Shown: positions 13,317 to 20,245, numbered from the stretch's first letter. The stretch is DNA of 24,000 bases from Cenarchaeum sp. (GCA_965212015.1 OZ243037.1:346257-370256), one strand, 5' to 3'. Program-made: numbers and translations. Notes: generated from the letters alone by a model not told the origin.

Positions 13317-14231
13317 GTGGCAGGCAATAGCATAGGCATGGCAAGGGGGTATCAGGCTGAGGTGATAAAACGGGGGGTTTTGGACATGCTTGCAGAGTCA
13401 AAAACCGGCATGTCAGGAGTCGAGATCTCTGAGAAGATCGGAGTCAGCCGCGTCACAATGGCAAAATATCTCAAAGTCTTTGCAGCAGAGAGGATCATCA
13501 GGCAAAAAAAGATGGGAGGCACGACGGTGTGGCATATGGAGGAGGGCACCGAGCAGTTCAGGTTTCCCGACGATTATTTCCTGGCGCAAAAGAGCTATCA
13601 GGACGCATTGAAGGAATACTCGGAAGGCCGTGTCTGCGCCATAATCCGCAACTGCGTATATTCGGGCGCCAGGGCCTCAAGGATTGCAACGGAGGTAATA
13701 ATGCCCGCAGTGGTCCAGATGGACAAGCTGTACAATGACGGAAAAATCGGCGATTCTGAAAAAAGCCTTTTGGATCACATTGCATCAAGCTCGATTCACC
13801 TGCTGAGCCAGGCCCCGTGCGATGCCGATCCAAAAAAGAACGCAGTCTTTATCGCGGCCGAATCCGACAGTGTACTGCTTTGCGAGGCGGCCTCGGCCTC
13901 GTTTAAAAACGAGGGATGGAACGTCTCGATGCTAGGCGACATGTCAAAGTCAGTAGACGTAATCTTTGATCTGGACTTGCAGAAATTCCTGGGCAGGGTG
14001 TGGAGGCAGAAACCCGGAATAATGGAAATAGTGGTGTTTTCAAGGACGGAGCAGGGCCTGAATTTTTTTGCAGAGTCTGTGAATTCGGCCAAGGAAAAGA
14101 TTAACGGGGACATTATGCTGGTCCTTTGCGGAAAAATCGGCAAAAAGACCCAGATCAAGGCGGATCTGATATCTGACGATCTTGGCGTGATTTTACAGTG
14201 GTCCCAGACCACCTATGAGAGCACGGCATGA
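13317..14231 (+). CDS. Transcriptional regulator: N-terminal winged HTH plus C-terminal B12-binding-like (helical bundle plus Rossmann) module
   Basis: The wHTH is SGVEISEKIGVSRVTMAKYLKVFAAERIIRQKKMGGTTVWHM. The downstream VIMPAVVQMDKLYNDGKIGDSEKSLLDHIASSSI resembles the B12-binding_2 cap helix pattern. AVFIAAESDSVLLCEAASASFKNEGWNVSMLG...IMEIVVFS resembles the Rossmann B12-binding fold but lacks the DxHxxG His. Start is GTG 13317 or ATG 13338. Confidence 0.65.
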   Translation: MAGNSIGMARGYQAEVIKRGVLDMLAESKTGMSGVEISEKIGVSRVTMAKYLKVFAAERIIRQKKMGGTTVWHMEEGTEQFRFPDDYFLAQKSYQDALKEYSEGRVCAIIRNCVYSGARASRIATEVIMPAVVQMDKLYNDGKIGDSEKSLLDHIASSSIHLLSQAPCDADPKKNAVFIAAESDSVLLCEAASASFKNEGWNVSMLGDMSKSVDVIFDLDLQKFLGRVWRQKPGIMEIVVFSRTEQGLNFFAESVNSAKEKINGDIMLVLCGKIGKKTQIKADLISDDLGVILQWSQTTYESTA

Positions 14232-14253
14232 ACAGGCGGCCACCGCAAAAATG

Positions 14254-14341
14254 TGGGCCGAGTGAGATTCGAACTCACGACCTTTCGATGTCTGAATCAG
14301 TTTATCAGTCGAACGCTCCAGCCAAGCTGAGCTACCGGCCC
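14254..14341 (-). tRNA. tRNA-Ile (anticodon GAU) with a canonical 13-nt intron
   Basis: The reverse complement is GGGCCGG TA GCTC AGCTTGGCTG GAGC G TTCGA CTGATA[ACTGATTCAGACA]A.. TCGAA AGGTC GTGAG TTCGAAT CTCAC TCGGCCC A. The intron is at about 14290-14302 on the + strand. The mature tRNA is 75 nt. Confidence 0.9.
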
Positions 14342-14373
14342 CTGCAAAAATTCACGGTTGCAGTCATTTAAAT

Positions 14374-14928
14374 TTAATTTTCCGCCCATTTGATCGAACA
14401 GCCGATGGACGGCTCAAAATCCCTCTCGATTTTTCGTCCTTCCAGCAGCCCCGAAATGTTGGCAATCATGGTCTTTTCGGTGGCCGCATCCCCCGGTTTC
14501 ATCGCGTCATCTATCCTTCCGTGGAACACCAGCCTTCCGGACCCGTCAAACAGGAACGGATCCGGGGTGCATACGGCCCCGTATTTTCTTGCGACATTCT
14601 GGGTCTCGTCAAACAGATAGTCAAATTTGATGCCCTTCTGGGATGCCACGCTTTTCATGCTCTCAAAGCTGTCGTCGGGATACTTTGTGGCGTCGTTGCT
14701 GTTGATTCCGACGACTGCCACCCTGTCCTTGAATTTCTCGTGTATCTCCTTTATGGCCCCGATTTTGGCCTTTACGTACGGGCAGTGGTTGCACATAAAG
14801 ATCACCAGCAGGGCGTCATAGCCGTCATAGGCGCTCTTGGAGTGCCTTGCGCCATCGATTCCGGGCAGCTCAAAATCAGGCGCCTGATCGCCTGTCTGCA
14901 GCCTGATTTCTGACTCTAGCAGCACCAT
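14374..14928 (-). CDS. Thioredoxin-fold thiol-disulfide oxidoreductase (AhpC/TSA-redoxin family)
   Basis: GDQAPDFELPGIDG...ALLVIFMCNHCPYVKA (CxxC) ...VAVVGINSND...FDYLFDETQNVARKYGAVCTPDPFLFD. TATA at 14949-14957 (minus) is 25 nt from the ATG. Confidence 0.85.
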   Translation of the reverse strand: MVLLESEIRLQTGDQAPDFELPGIDGARHSKSAYDGYDALLVIFMCNHCPYVKAKIGAIKEIHEKFKDRVAVVGINSNDATKYPDDSFESMKSVASQKGIKFDYLFDETQNVARKYGAVCTPDPFLFDGSGRLVFHGRIDDAMKPGDAATEKTMIANISGLLEGRKIERDFEPSIGCSIKWAEN

Positions 14929-14975
14929 AAATGGGGGGGCCGCGGCGCAAATAAAATCCTTGCCAAAAGGCGAAC

Positions 14976-14984
14976 AATTAAAAT
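14976..14984 (+). promoter_or_regulatory. TATA box for tRNA-Ala (AATTAAAAT)
   Basis: Centred about 29 nt upstream of 15009. It is followed by the perfect 12-nt palindrome CGGCACGTGCCG (14985-14996). Confidence 0.55.
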
Positions 14985-15008
14985 CGGCACGTGCCGCATT
15001 TTTTTCGT

Positions 15009-15082
15009 GGGCTGATAGTATAGCCTGGTAGTATACCCGCCTTGCACGCGGGGGGTCAGGGGTTCAAATCCCCTTCAGTCCA
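15009..15082 (+). tRNA. tRNA-Ala (anticodon UGC)
   Basis: GGGCTGA TA GTAT AGCCTGGTAGT ATAC C CCGCC? The anticodon region is CCCGC CTTGCAC GCGGG, the T-arm is AGGGG TTCAAAT CCCCT, and the acceptor 3' strand is TCAGTCC + A73. The G3:U70 identity pair for Ala is present. An oligo-T (15135-15140) lies downstream. Confidence 0.92.
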
Positions 15083-15160
15083 CTCCACTGTAATGACTCA
15101 TGCAGACGCCGGCTCGATCCGGCAACTGATACGGTTTTTTGAGTGATAGAGCTGCAGGAG

Positions 15161-15219
15161 GCAATAGGTTGGATTCAAGAGGGATGCCTGAATCAGGCAC
15201 GGGCCTAGCCGCTTATTGC
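15161..15219 (+). repeat. Hairpin-forming repeat, copy 1
   Basis: GCAATAGGTTGGATTCAAGAGGGATGCCTGAATCAGGCACGGGCCTAGCCGCTTATTGC. The outer stem is GCAATA/TATTGC and the inner stem GGTTGG/CCTAGCC uses G-U pairs. It aligns with copies 2 and 3. Confidence 0.75.
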
Positions 15220-15223
15220 GGGG

Positions 15224-15285
15224 GGTAACAGGTTGGGTTCAAGATGGATGTTTGGATCTACAGGCACCGGACCTAACCGGTTACC
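15224..15285 (+). repeat. Hairpin-forming repeat, copy 2 (directly abutting copy 1)
   Basis: GGTAACAGGTTGGGTTCAAGATGGATGTTTGGATCTACAGGCACCGGACCTAACCGGTTACC. Stems are GGTAAC/GTTACC and the 10-bp GGTTGGGTTC/GGACCTAACC. Confidence 0.8.
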
Positions 15286-15344
15286 TTTGTATTGACCTAA
15301 CATTTTTAAAGCACAAAAAATAATGTGTTGATCTGGTGAATAAA

Positions 15345-15440
15345 ATGGAAATAATCTATGACGGCGACGAAAAAATCGAAATTGCCTGTTCGTATGATAC
15401 CATCGAGGAAGCACTAGCAGCGCTAAAATCAGACGAATGA
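15345..15440 (+). CDS. Tiny acidic ORF (31 aa), not in the ORF track
   Basis: MEIIYDGDEKIEIACSYDTIEEALAALKSDE. TATA-like TTTTTAAAG at 15303-15311 lies upstream. It sits in an AT-rich islet, and its stop is 1 nt before the next ATG. Confidence 0.35.
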   Translation: MEIIYDGDEKIEIACSYDTIEEALAALKSDE

Positions 15441-15441
15441 T

Positions 15442-15582
15442 ATGAACAGCAAATCTATTTCTTTATCCAAGGATTTCAGGGGGCAATGTGGTGATAGAAC
15501 AGAGAATCGTGAGCACATAGACAAGGCAATGAAAAAACTCGTCAAGACCATGGAATGCACCGCAACACGGTCTTTGGTTTAA
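15442..15582 (+). CDS. Tiny ORF (46 aa), not in the ORF track
   Basis: MNSKSISLSKDFRGQCGDRTENREHIDKAMKKLVKTMECTATRSLV. It is tightly coupled to the preceding 31-aa ORF and is followed by GTTTTTTATT and a 16-bp palindrome. Confidence 0.35.
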   Translation: MNSKSISLSKDFRGQCGDRTENREHIDKAMKKLVKTMECTATRSLV

Positions 15583-15618
15583 GAAAAGTTTTTTATTAAA
15601 ATCGAGGGATCTGGGGAA

Positions 15619-15634
15619 ATAATACGCGTATTAT
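15619..15634. repeat. Perfect 16-bp palindrome ATAATACGCGTATTAT
   Basis: Read directly, downstream of the tiny-ORF pair. Confidence 0.85.
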
Positions 15635-16103
15635 CCACATCATCGTCCAAGATAATATTTCAAAGATTCGAATGGCACGTTTATTGCGGGCAATCATGCA
15701 ACCCAGATTCCCCCCAAACTTGAGGATTGCTTTGTGTCCCATCTTGGTGGAAAATCCGACATGTTTGTGTGATTACCGCAATCGGATCGATCCGGATTCC
15801 ACATACCAGGCAGACGCCGCTGCTTGTCCCAGTATATGGCGATTCGATTCCTAGGTGGAGGCTGCCGGCGGTTTGTCTGTGATGTGCAGGCCATACCTCA
15901 TGTATTGGCCCTTTGGGACAGATTTGCCGCCATAACGGGGGGCATTCTGGCACACACGGGACGTCAAAAAGGCCGAATCCCGCCGGACAGGCCCGATCAG
16001 GGCGTTTTAGGACAAAGGTGACAGGTGCGATCAGAATAGGGCAGGGCCAATGGCTGGCAGTCATATTTCCGCATATTACAATTGCGGGCAGTTACCGGAT
16101 GGA

Positions 16104-16111
16104 TTTAAATA
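16104..16111 (+). promoter_or_regulatory. TATA box TTTAAATA for the 35-aa membrane peptide
   Basis: Consensus-like box centred about 27 nt upstream of ATG 16135. Confidence 0.6.
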
Positions 16112-16134
16112 GGATATGCTTGTGCCCATTAAAC

Positions 16135-16242
16135 ATGGCAAGTGCAGCAGATGGATGGCCGGTTTGGATTCCGTTAATCGTCGGATTGGCACCGGGACTA
16201 GTTTACTGGTTTGCAATCACGGCAATGAAGAAACGCCGCTAA
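16135..16242 (+). CDS. 35-aa single-TM peptide
   Basis: MASAADGWPVWIPLIVGLAPGLVYWFAITAMKKRR has one hydrophobic helix and a KKRR tail. It is the 3' part of track ORF 15913..16242, whose upstream part is GC-rich junk containing the TATA box. Confidence 0.5.
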   Translation: MASAADGWPVWIPLIVGLAPGLVYWFAITAMKKRR

Positions 16243-16451
16243 AAACTATACCGCTTACACACTTTTTCTTTACTATCCACTAGTCTATGCGTATCAGGCT
16301 CCCGATCGCCGGGGTCAAAAACGGACATCAAACTGTGTGGTTTTATCCACCCAAGCACAGGGCCCTCCGCTAATTGGGTAAAACGTGCTAAACCACCTTG
16401 TTTATAATATGATATGAGACATGTGATTAACACCTGCTACAGTTAGACTGC

Positions 16452-17516
16452 ATGAAGAAAACCGCATCCGTGCTGCTTTTGACCCTGATGCTGTTTCCCC
16501 TCCAGGGGGGATTCTCACAGATTTACGATACCGGCTCCACGCTGGGGGTGGCCACTACCAGCTATAGCCCGTACACCTACGAGTCCGATGACGGCCACAC
16601 CGTGATTACCGGCGAGATTGAAAACAAGCTGGACTTTCCAGTCACTGGTGTGACCATATGGGGGGGATTCTATGACGGCGTGCGCGAATCCCCGCTTGAA
16701 TCAGTCATAGGCTCCTCTGTTTTGGACGTCATTCCGGCAAAGGGCAAATCGCCATACAAGCTAGTCTCTACAAGCCCCAACCCCGAGATTACCAACGTGT
16801 CGGTTTTAGTGCAGGGATTCACATCCACTGGGGAAAAACTCCGGGAGCTCAGTCTTGCACAGAATTCGCTTGAAGTCACAGACAGGCTCGCATACGCGGG
16901 AACCATCACAAACAACGCCGGCACTGTATCCCAGCAGACCAAGGTCCACCTGGCAATGTATGACAGATTCGAGCCCCCAAGACTGCTGCGCATCATCACG
17001 CAGGAGCTAGAGGACATACCGCCCGGCGGCTCGTCGGGGTTTTCATTCGATGAAACGCACATACAGCAGACAGTCCGGCTGGCAGTGTTTGCAGAATCAG
17101 ACAACTCGCTCTCCAACATTCTGGATGCGAATGTTCCGGCCCCGGGTTTTCTCACAAAACAGGTAACGATAAACGACGTCTCGATTCACGACGCAGGCGG
17201 GGAAAAGATTTCGGACATTCCCGTAAACTCTAATGTCACAATAAAGGGCAACATCTGGATACAGGTGCTCACCGCAGACGAGCAGCTGGATCACGACTAT
17301 GTGTACTATACACAGGTCAAGCAGTTTGGCAAAAACCCGGTAATAGAGTACCTCGGCTCGTCGGCGGGGCATTTTGACAGGCCGGAGTCCCAGTCCCCCG
17401 AGGTAAGCTGGACGCCGGAAAACAAGGGCCTGTACTTTGTCGAGACGTACGTGTGGGATTCGGACGGGATTCCGCTGGCGGCAAAGGGGCCAATCGTGCT
17501 TGTGGCGGTAAGCTAG
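16452..17516 (+). CDS. Secreted protein with an internally duplicated beta-rich domain (FxLYD-like, tentative)
   Basis: The signal peptide is MKKTASVLLLTLMLFPLQGGFS. There are two similar modules: GEIENKLDFPVTGVTIWGGFYDG...LDVIPAKGKSPY and GTITNNAGTVSQQTKVHLAMYDRF...LEDIPPGGSSGF. Confidence 0.8.
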   Translation: MKKTASVLLLTLMLFPLQGGFSQIYDTGSTLGVATTSYSPYTYESDDGHTVITGEIENKLDFPVTGVTIWGGFYDGVRESPLESVIGSSVLDVIPAKGKSPYKLVSTSPNPEITNVSVLVQGFTSTGEKLRELSLAQNSLEVTDRLAYAGTITNNAGTVSQQTKVHLAMYDRFEPPRLLRIITQELEDIPPGGSSGFSFDETHIQQTVRLAVFAESDNSLSNILDANVPAPGFLTKQVTINDVSIHDAGGEKISDIPVNSNVTIKGNIWIQVLTADEQLDHDYVYYTQVKQFGKNPVIEYLGSSAGHFDRPESQSPEVSWTPENKGLYFVETYVWDSDGIPLAAKGPIVLVAVS

Positions 17517-17524
17517 GATCCGGC

Positions 17525-17989
17525 GTGAAGCGGTTTGATCTAGTGGCAACTGGCGGCACCTTTGATGTCATCCACCGCGGCCACCTCGCGCTGCTTGCCG
17601 AATCGTTTGCCGTCTCAAGGATGGTAATAATAGGGCTGACCGGCGACGAGCTTGCCACAAAAAGGCGCAAAAAACCGCTCAACGGATATGCCGCAAGATC
17701 AAAGTCGCTTGAGGCAGTGATCAGAGAAAAATTCTCCGGCGCCAGATACAAAATAGTCCGGCTTGATGACGATTTCGGCCCCGCTGCCATCACGGGGGAC
17801 ATTGAGGCCCTAGTCGTAAGCCAGGAGACCAGCCGGCAGGGTGCCGCCCTCAACAGGCTCCGCAGGGACAGCGGCATGCCCAAAGTCAGCATCATTATTG
17901 TTCCAATGGTGCTAGCAGACGACGGCAGGAGGATATCCAGCTCCAGGATAAGGAGCTCCGAGATCGACCCGGAGGGCAATTTGCGGTGA
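17525..17989 (+). CDS. coaD: Phosphopantetheine adenylyltransferase, archaeal type (cytidylyltransferase fold)
   Basis: VKRFDLVATGGTFDVIHRGHLALL (GxFxxxHxGH) ...IIGLTGDELA...RISSSRIRSSEI. The start is GTG 17525, just after the upstream stop. The track ORF 17453 start overlaps the previous gene. Confidence 0.85.
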   Translation: MKRFDLVATGGTFDVIHRGHLALLAESFAVSRMVIIGLTGDELATKRRKKPLNGYAARSKSLEAVIREKFSGARYKIVRLDDDFGPAAITGDIEALVVSQETSRQGAALNRLRRDSGMPKVSIIIVPMVLADDGRRISSSRIRSSEIDPEGNLR

Positions 17990-18053
17990 TTTGACAAGAT
18001 GCTCGCCTATCTTTGAGCGACCCGGATAAAGTCAAAATCCCCGAGGGGCGTCT

Positions 18054-18383
18054 GTGACAGTCATAAGACACATGATGAAAAAACTGGATGACGACGTGCG
18101 AAACCTAAAGGACGGGCTTGATCCCAAGAACCTGGCCTTTTGGTACGGGGAGATAATCAGGGACACAATCGAGATGGCCCCGCCGTGGCTGGAGGACAAG
18201 ATCAAGGTGAGCCAGGATCCCATACTGCAGATGAAGTTCAACCTGGACATCTCAAAGCGCGCAGTCCGGTACTTTATGATGGCCGTGGACTGTAGGATCG
18301 GGCAGATGCCGTATTCCACCAGGCTTTACTTTCTCAAGGTCCAGCACATAATGGAGTCAGAAATGGACCGGTCACTTGTCTAG
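18054..18383 (+). CDS. Hypothetical protein (109 aa)
   Basis: Protein-like composition: MKKLDDDVRNLKDGLDPKNLAFWYGEIIRDTIEMAPPWLEDKIK.... The antisense ORF 18032..18319 is Ser-rich. Start is GTG 18054 or ATG 18072. Confidence 0.6.
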   Translation: MTVIRHMMKKLDDDVRNLKDGLDPKNLAFWYGEIIRDTIEMAPPWLEDKIKVSQDPILQMKFNLDISKRAVRYFMMAVDCRIGQMPYSTRLYFLKVQHIMESEMDRSLV

Positions 18384-18658
18384 GACTTTGTAATCTCGAC
18401 TGTGCTGCCAGACGTGGCAGCGCCAGTTATGCCGTGCTCTTTTTCCAACACCGACTGCAAAAAGTCGGCTATCAGCTCTACGTTTGCGGCATCTTGCAGC
18501 ACCACGCTGTGCGCCGACTTGTCCTTGAGCGCCACGACAAGCTCAGTCCCCACTATGTTCAGTATCTCCGTGATGAACGTCTCGCTGTCCCTGACAAAGA
18601 TCAGGCTGGCCAGCTTTTGGGCCTCGTACTTGTCCTGGCAGGCAATGCTGATTTTCAT
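18380..18658 (-). CDS. Hypothetical protein (92 aa), translationally coupled to trpS
   Basis: MKISIACQDKYEAQKLASLIFVRDSETFITEILNIVGTELVVALKD.... Its ATG overlaps the trpS stop (ATGA-type 4-nt overlap at 18655-18658). Confidence 0.6.
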   Translation of the reverse strand: MKISIACQDKYEAQKLASLIFVRDSETFITEILNIVGTELVVALKDKSAHSVVLQDAANVELIADFLQSVLEKEHGITGAATSGSTVEITKS

Positions 18659-19764
18659 GTCTCGAGGAGGAACCTGTCCATCATACCCCTTGCCTTTTCC
18701 CTGTTTTTCTGGTGTTCTGCAAGAAACGAGTTTATCTTTTCAATCAGAATCGCCTTGAGCTCCCCGGTCAGCAGCGCGCCGGACTCGTAATCGGCGCGGA
18801 TTTTTTCCAGCTTTGCGTCGTCTGGCTCAAAGAACATCCGCAGGTACTGGTACGACACGTCAATCTCGGGGTCTCCTCCCATCTTTTTGTGCTGCTCTAC
18901 GTCGGACTGCCCCCCGGAAAACGCATACTTGTTGATCTTTTTTTTCACCGCCGCCGGACTGTCGGTGGTAAAGACGGTCCCGTTCTCGTCAGATGCGGAC
19001 ATTTTTCCGCCTGCGCCGTACAGCGTGGGGACCATGACGTTGTGAATGAGTGCGGGCTTTGTTTTGCCCATTTTCGGCGCAATGTCCCGGGTCAGCCTAA
19101 AGTGCGGATCCTGATCCACGCCGAGCGGAATCAGCACGGGCCGGTCCTCGATAAAGCACGGCGCGGACTGTAGCGACGTGTAAAAGATCATGCCCAGGTT
19201 GGTCTCGTTTGTAAAGCCAAACACCGCCTTTGTGTTCGAAAAGTTGAGCCGTTTTGCCACCTGTGCCGCCATCGGGTACAGAGTGGCAATGTCCCTTGTG
19301 TTTATGATTATCTTTGTCTTTTTTGGATCAAAGCCCAGCGCGATAAAGTCAAGTGCGTTTTCGTACGCAAATCCCTCGGTCTCCTCCAGCGTGAGATCCT
19401 GCTTTGCAAAGAACTTTTCGTCGTCGGTGAGCTGAAAATACATGTTTGCGCCAAACTTGTCCTGGAGCCATTTTGCAAACACCCACGGAACCAGGTGGCC
19501 TATGTGGGTGTGCCCCGACGGGCCGCGCCCCGTATACATGAAAAAGCCCCCGCCGCCCTCGTGCGCATCGAGGATCATTCCAAGATCCCGGTGCGAGAAA
19601 AAAACGCCGCGCCTCAGCATAAAGTGATCCTCGCCTGTAATCTGCCTCATCCTCTCGCGCAGCCCCGCAGTTATCCGCTCGGTGCCAAACTGCCTGACTA
19701 GCTTGTCATAGTCAATCCTGCCCTCCACCTGCCAGGGGGTGACTGTGAAATCGTCTGCTGCCAT
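18655..19764 (-). CDS. trpS: Tryptophan--tRNA ligase (class I)
   Basis: MAADDFTVTPWQVEGRIDYDKLVRQFG..., HIGH motif GPSGHTHIGHLVP, and KMSKS-type GGKMSASDE. The track ORF runs on to 20232 (525 aa), but TATA CTTTTTTAAAG (19786-19796, minus) sits 27 nt upstream of ATG 19764, and the extension is Cys/Arg/Trp-rich junk overlapping another gene. Confidence 0.93.
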   Translation of the reverse strand: MAADDFTVTPWQVEGRIDYDKLVRQFGTERITAGLRERMRQITGEDHFMLRRGVFFSHRDLGMILDAHEGGGGFFMYTGRGPSGHTHIGHLVPWVFAKWLQDKFGANMYFQLTDDEKFFAKQDLTLEETEGFAYENALDFIALGFDPKKTKIIINTRDIATLYPMAAQVAKRLNFSNTKAVFGFTNETNLGMIFYTSLQSAPCFIEDRPVLIPLGVDQDPHFRLTRDIAPKMGKTKPALIHNVMVPTLYGAGGKMSASDENGTVFTTDSPAAVKKKINKYAFSGGQSDVEQHKKMGGDPEIDVSYQYLRMFFEPDDAKLEKIRADYESGALLTGELKAILIEKINSFLAEHQKNREKARGMMDRFLLET

Positions 19765-19863
19765 ACGAGCCTGACTTGGGACGCACTTTAAAAAAGTCTT
19801 TACGCCCAAAATCTGGCCCGGCCTGCGGCAAGTTTTTGTAGCCGTGGCAGCAGCGTACGTACA

Positions 19864-20040
19864 ATGAAGATAAGTTGGGACGAGAATGTCTGCATCCATT
19901 CTGCAAAGTGCGTAAAGAGCCTTCCATCCGTGTTTGCAGTGCGTGACGGAAAATTCGTCATTACCCAGGACGGCGCGCCGCAGGATCAGATAAAAAACAC
20001 AGTCGAGCAGTGTCCGTCCAAGGCGCTGAAAATCGACTAG
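19864..20040 (+). CDS. Small (58 aa) divergent 4Fe-4S mono-cluster / ferredoxin-like protein, not in the ORF track
   Basis: My translation is MKISWDENVCIHSAKCVKSLPSVFAVRDGKFVITQDGAPQDQIKNTVEQCPSKALKID. The pattern W-D...C-x-H-x(2)-C...P.VF....CPS.AL is typical of that small Fe-S family. An oligo-T terminator follows (20055-20068). Confidence 0.7.
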   Translation: MKISWDENVCIHSAKCVKSLPSVFAVRDGKFVITQDGAPQDQIKNTVEQCPSKALKID

Positions 20041-20103
20041 CCCGGAATCGGGCATTTTTCCCTTTTTTGATCCGCAGGGCGGGCCCGGAAGGCCGGCCAT
20101 ACA

Positions 20104-20127
20104 CCATTCCATACGCCATTCCATACA
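20104..20127. repeat. 12-nt tandem repeat CCATTCCATAC(G/A) x2, plus a partial unit at 20097-20103
   Basis: Read directly: ccataca ccattccatacg ccattccataca. Confidence 0.8.
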
Positions 20128-20179
20128 ACAGACCAAACAGGTGCATGCCAAATCCGGCAGGCGCAATGCGCATTGCCAG

Positions 20180-20245
20180 GGCAATCGGTTAGATCCGGCG
20201 CCTGCGGATCCAAACATCCCTCTTGGATCCAACCTGTTACTTGCC
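20180..20245 (-). repeat. Hairpin-forming repeat, copy 3 (inverted relative to copies 1 and 2)
   Basis: The reverse complement is GGCAAGTAACAGGTTGGATCCAAGAGGGATGTTTGGATCCGCAGGCGCCGGATCTAACCGATTGCC. The 10-bp stem GGTTGGATCC/GGATCTAACC shows compensatory changes against copy 2. Confidence 0.8.

Noticed and set aside
15161-15285. Integron attC-like cores in the hairpin repeats (GTTGGAT/GTTGGGT fit GTTRRRY; ACCTAAC/ATCTAAC fit RYYYAAC)
   Set aside because: The order is 5'-GTTRRRY...RYYYAAC-3' on both strands. That is the inverse of canonical attC (5'-RYYYAAC...GTTRRRY-3'). No tyrosine-recombinase (IntI) gene is present in the window. I note the resemblance but do not call these attC sites.
15672-16134. 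ORFs 15681..16064(-), 15694..15894(-), 15824..16021(+) and the 5' part of 15913..16242(+)
   Set aside because: These are GC-rich spacer ORFs overlapping in several frames. A consensus TATA box (16104-16111) lies inside the + ORF, so only its last 35 codons are plausibly coding.
16291-16334. Possible C/D-box sRNA on the minus strand (UGAUGU ... CUGA)
   Set aside because: The C box is imperfect, no C'/D' boxes are present, and the spacing of about 37 nt is too short for a two-guide archaeal sRNA. There is no terminal stem.
16239-16433. 64-aa minus-strand ORF between the TM-peptide gene and the secreted-protein gene
   Set aside because: It has a non-ATG start inside the promoter region of the 16452 gene and overlaps the stop of the 35-aa ORF. 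It has no motif, so the evidence is insufficient.
17317-17997. 226-aa minus-strand ORF
   Set aside because: It is antisense to the well-supported PPAT gene and to the 3' end of the secreted-protein gene. It is Ser/Pro/Arg/Leu-rich shadow.
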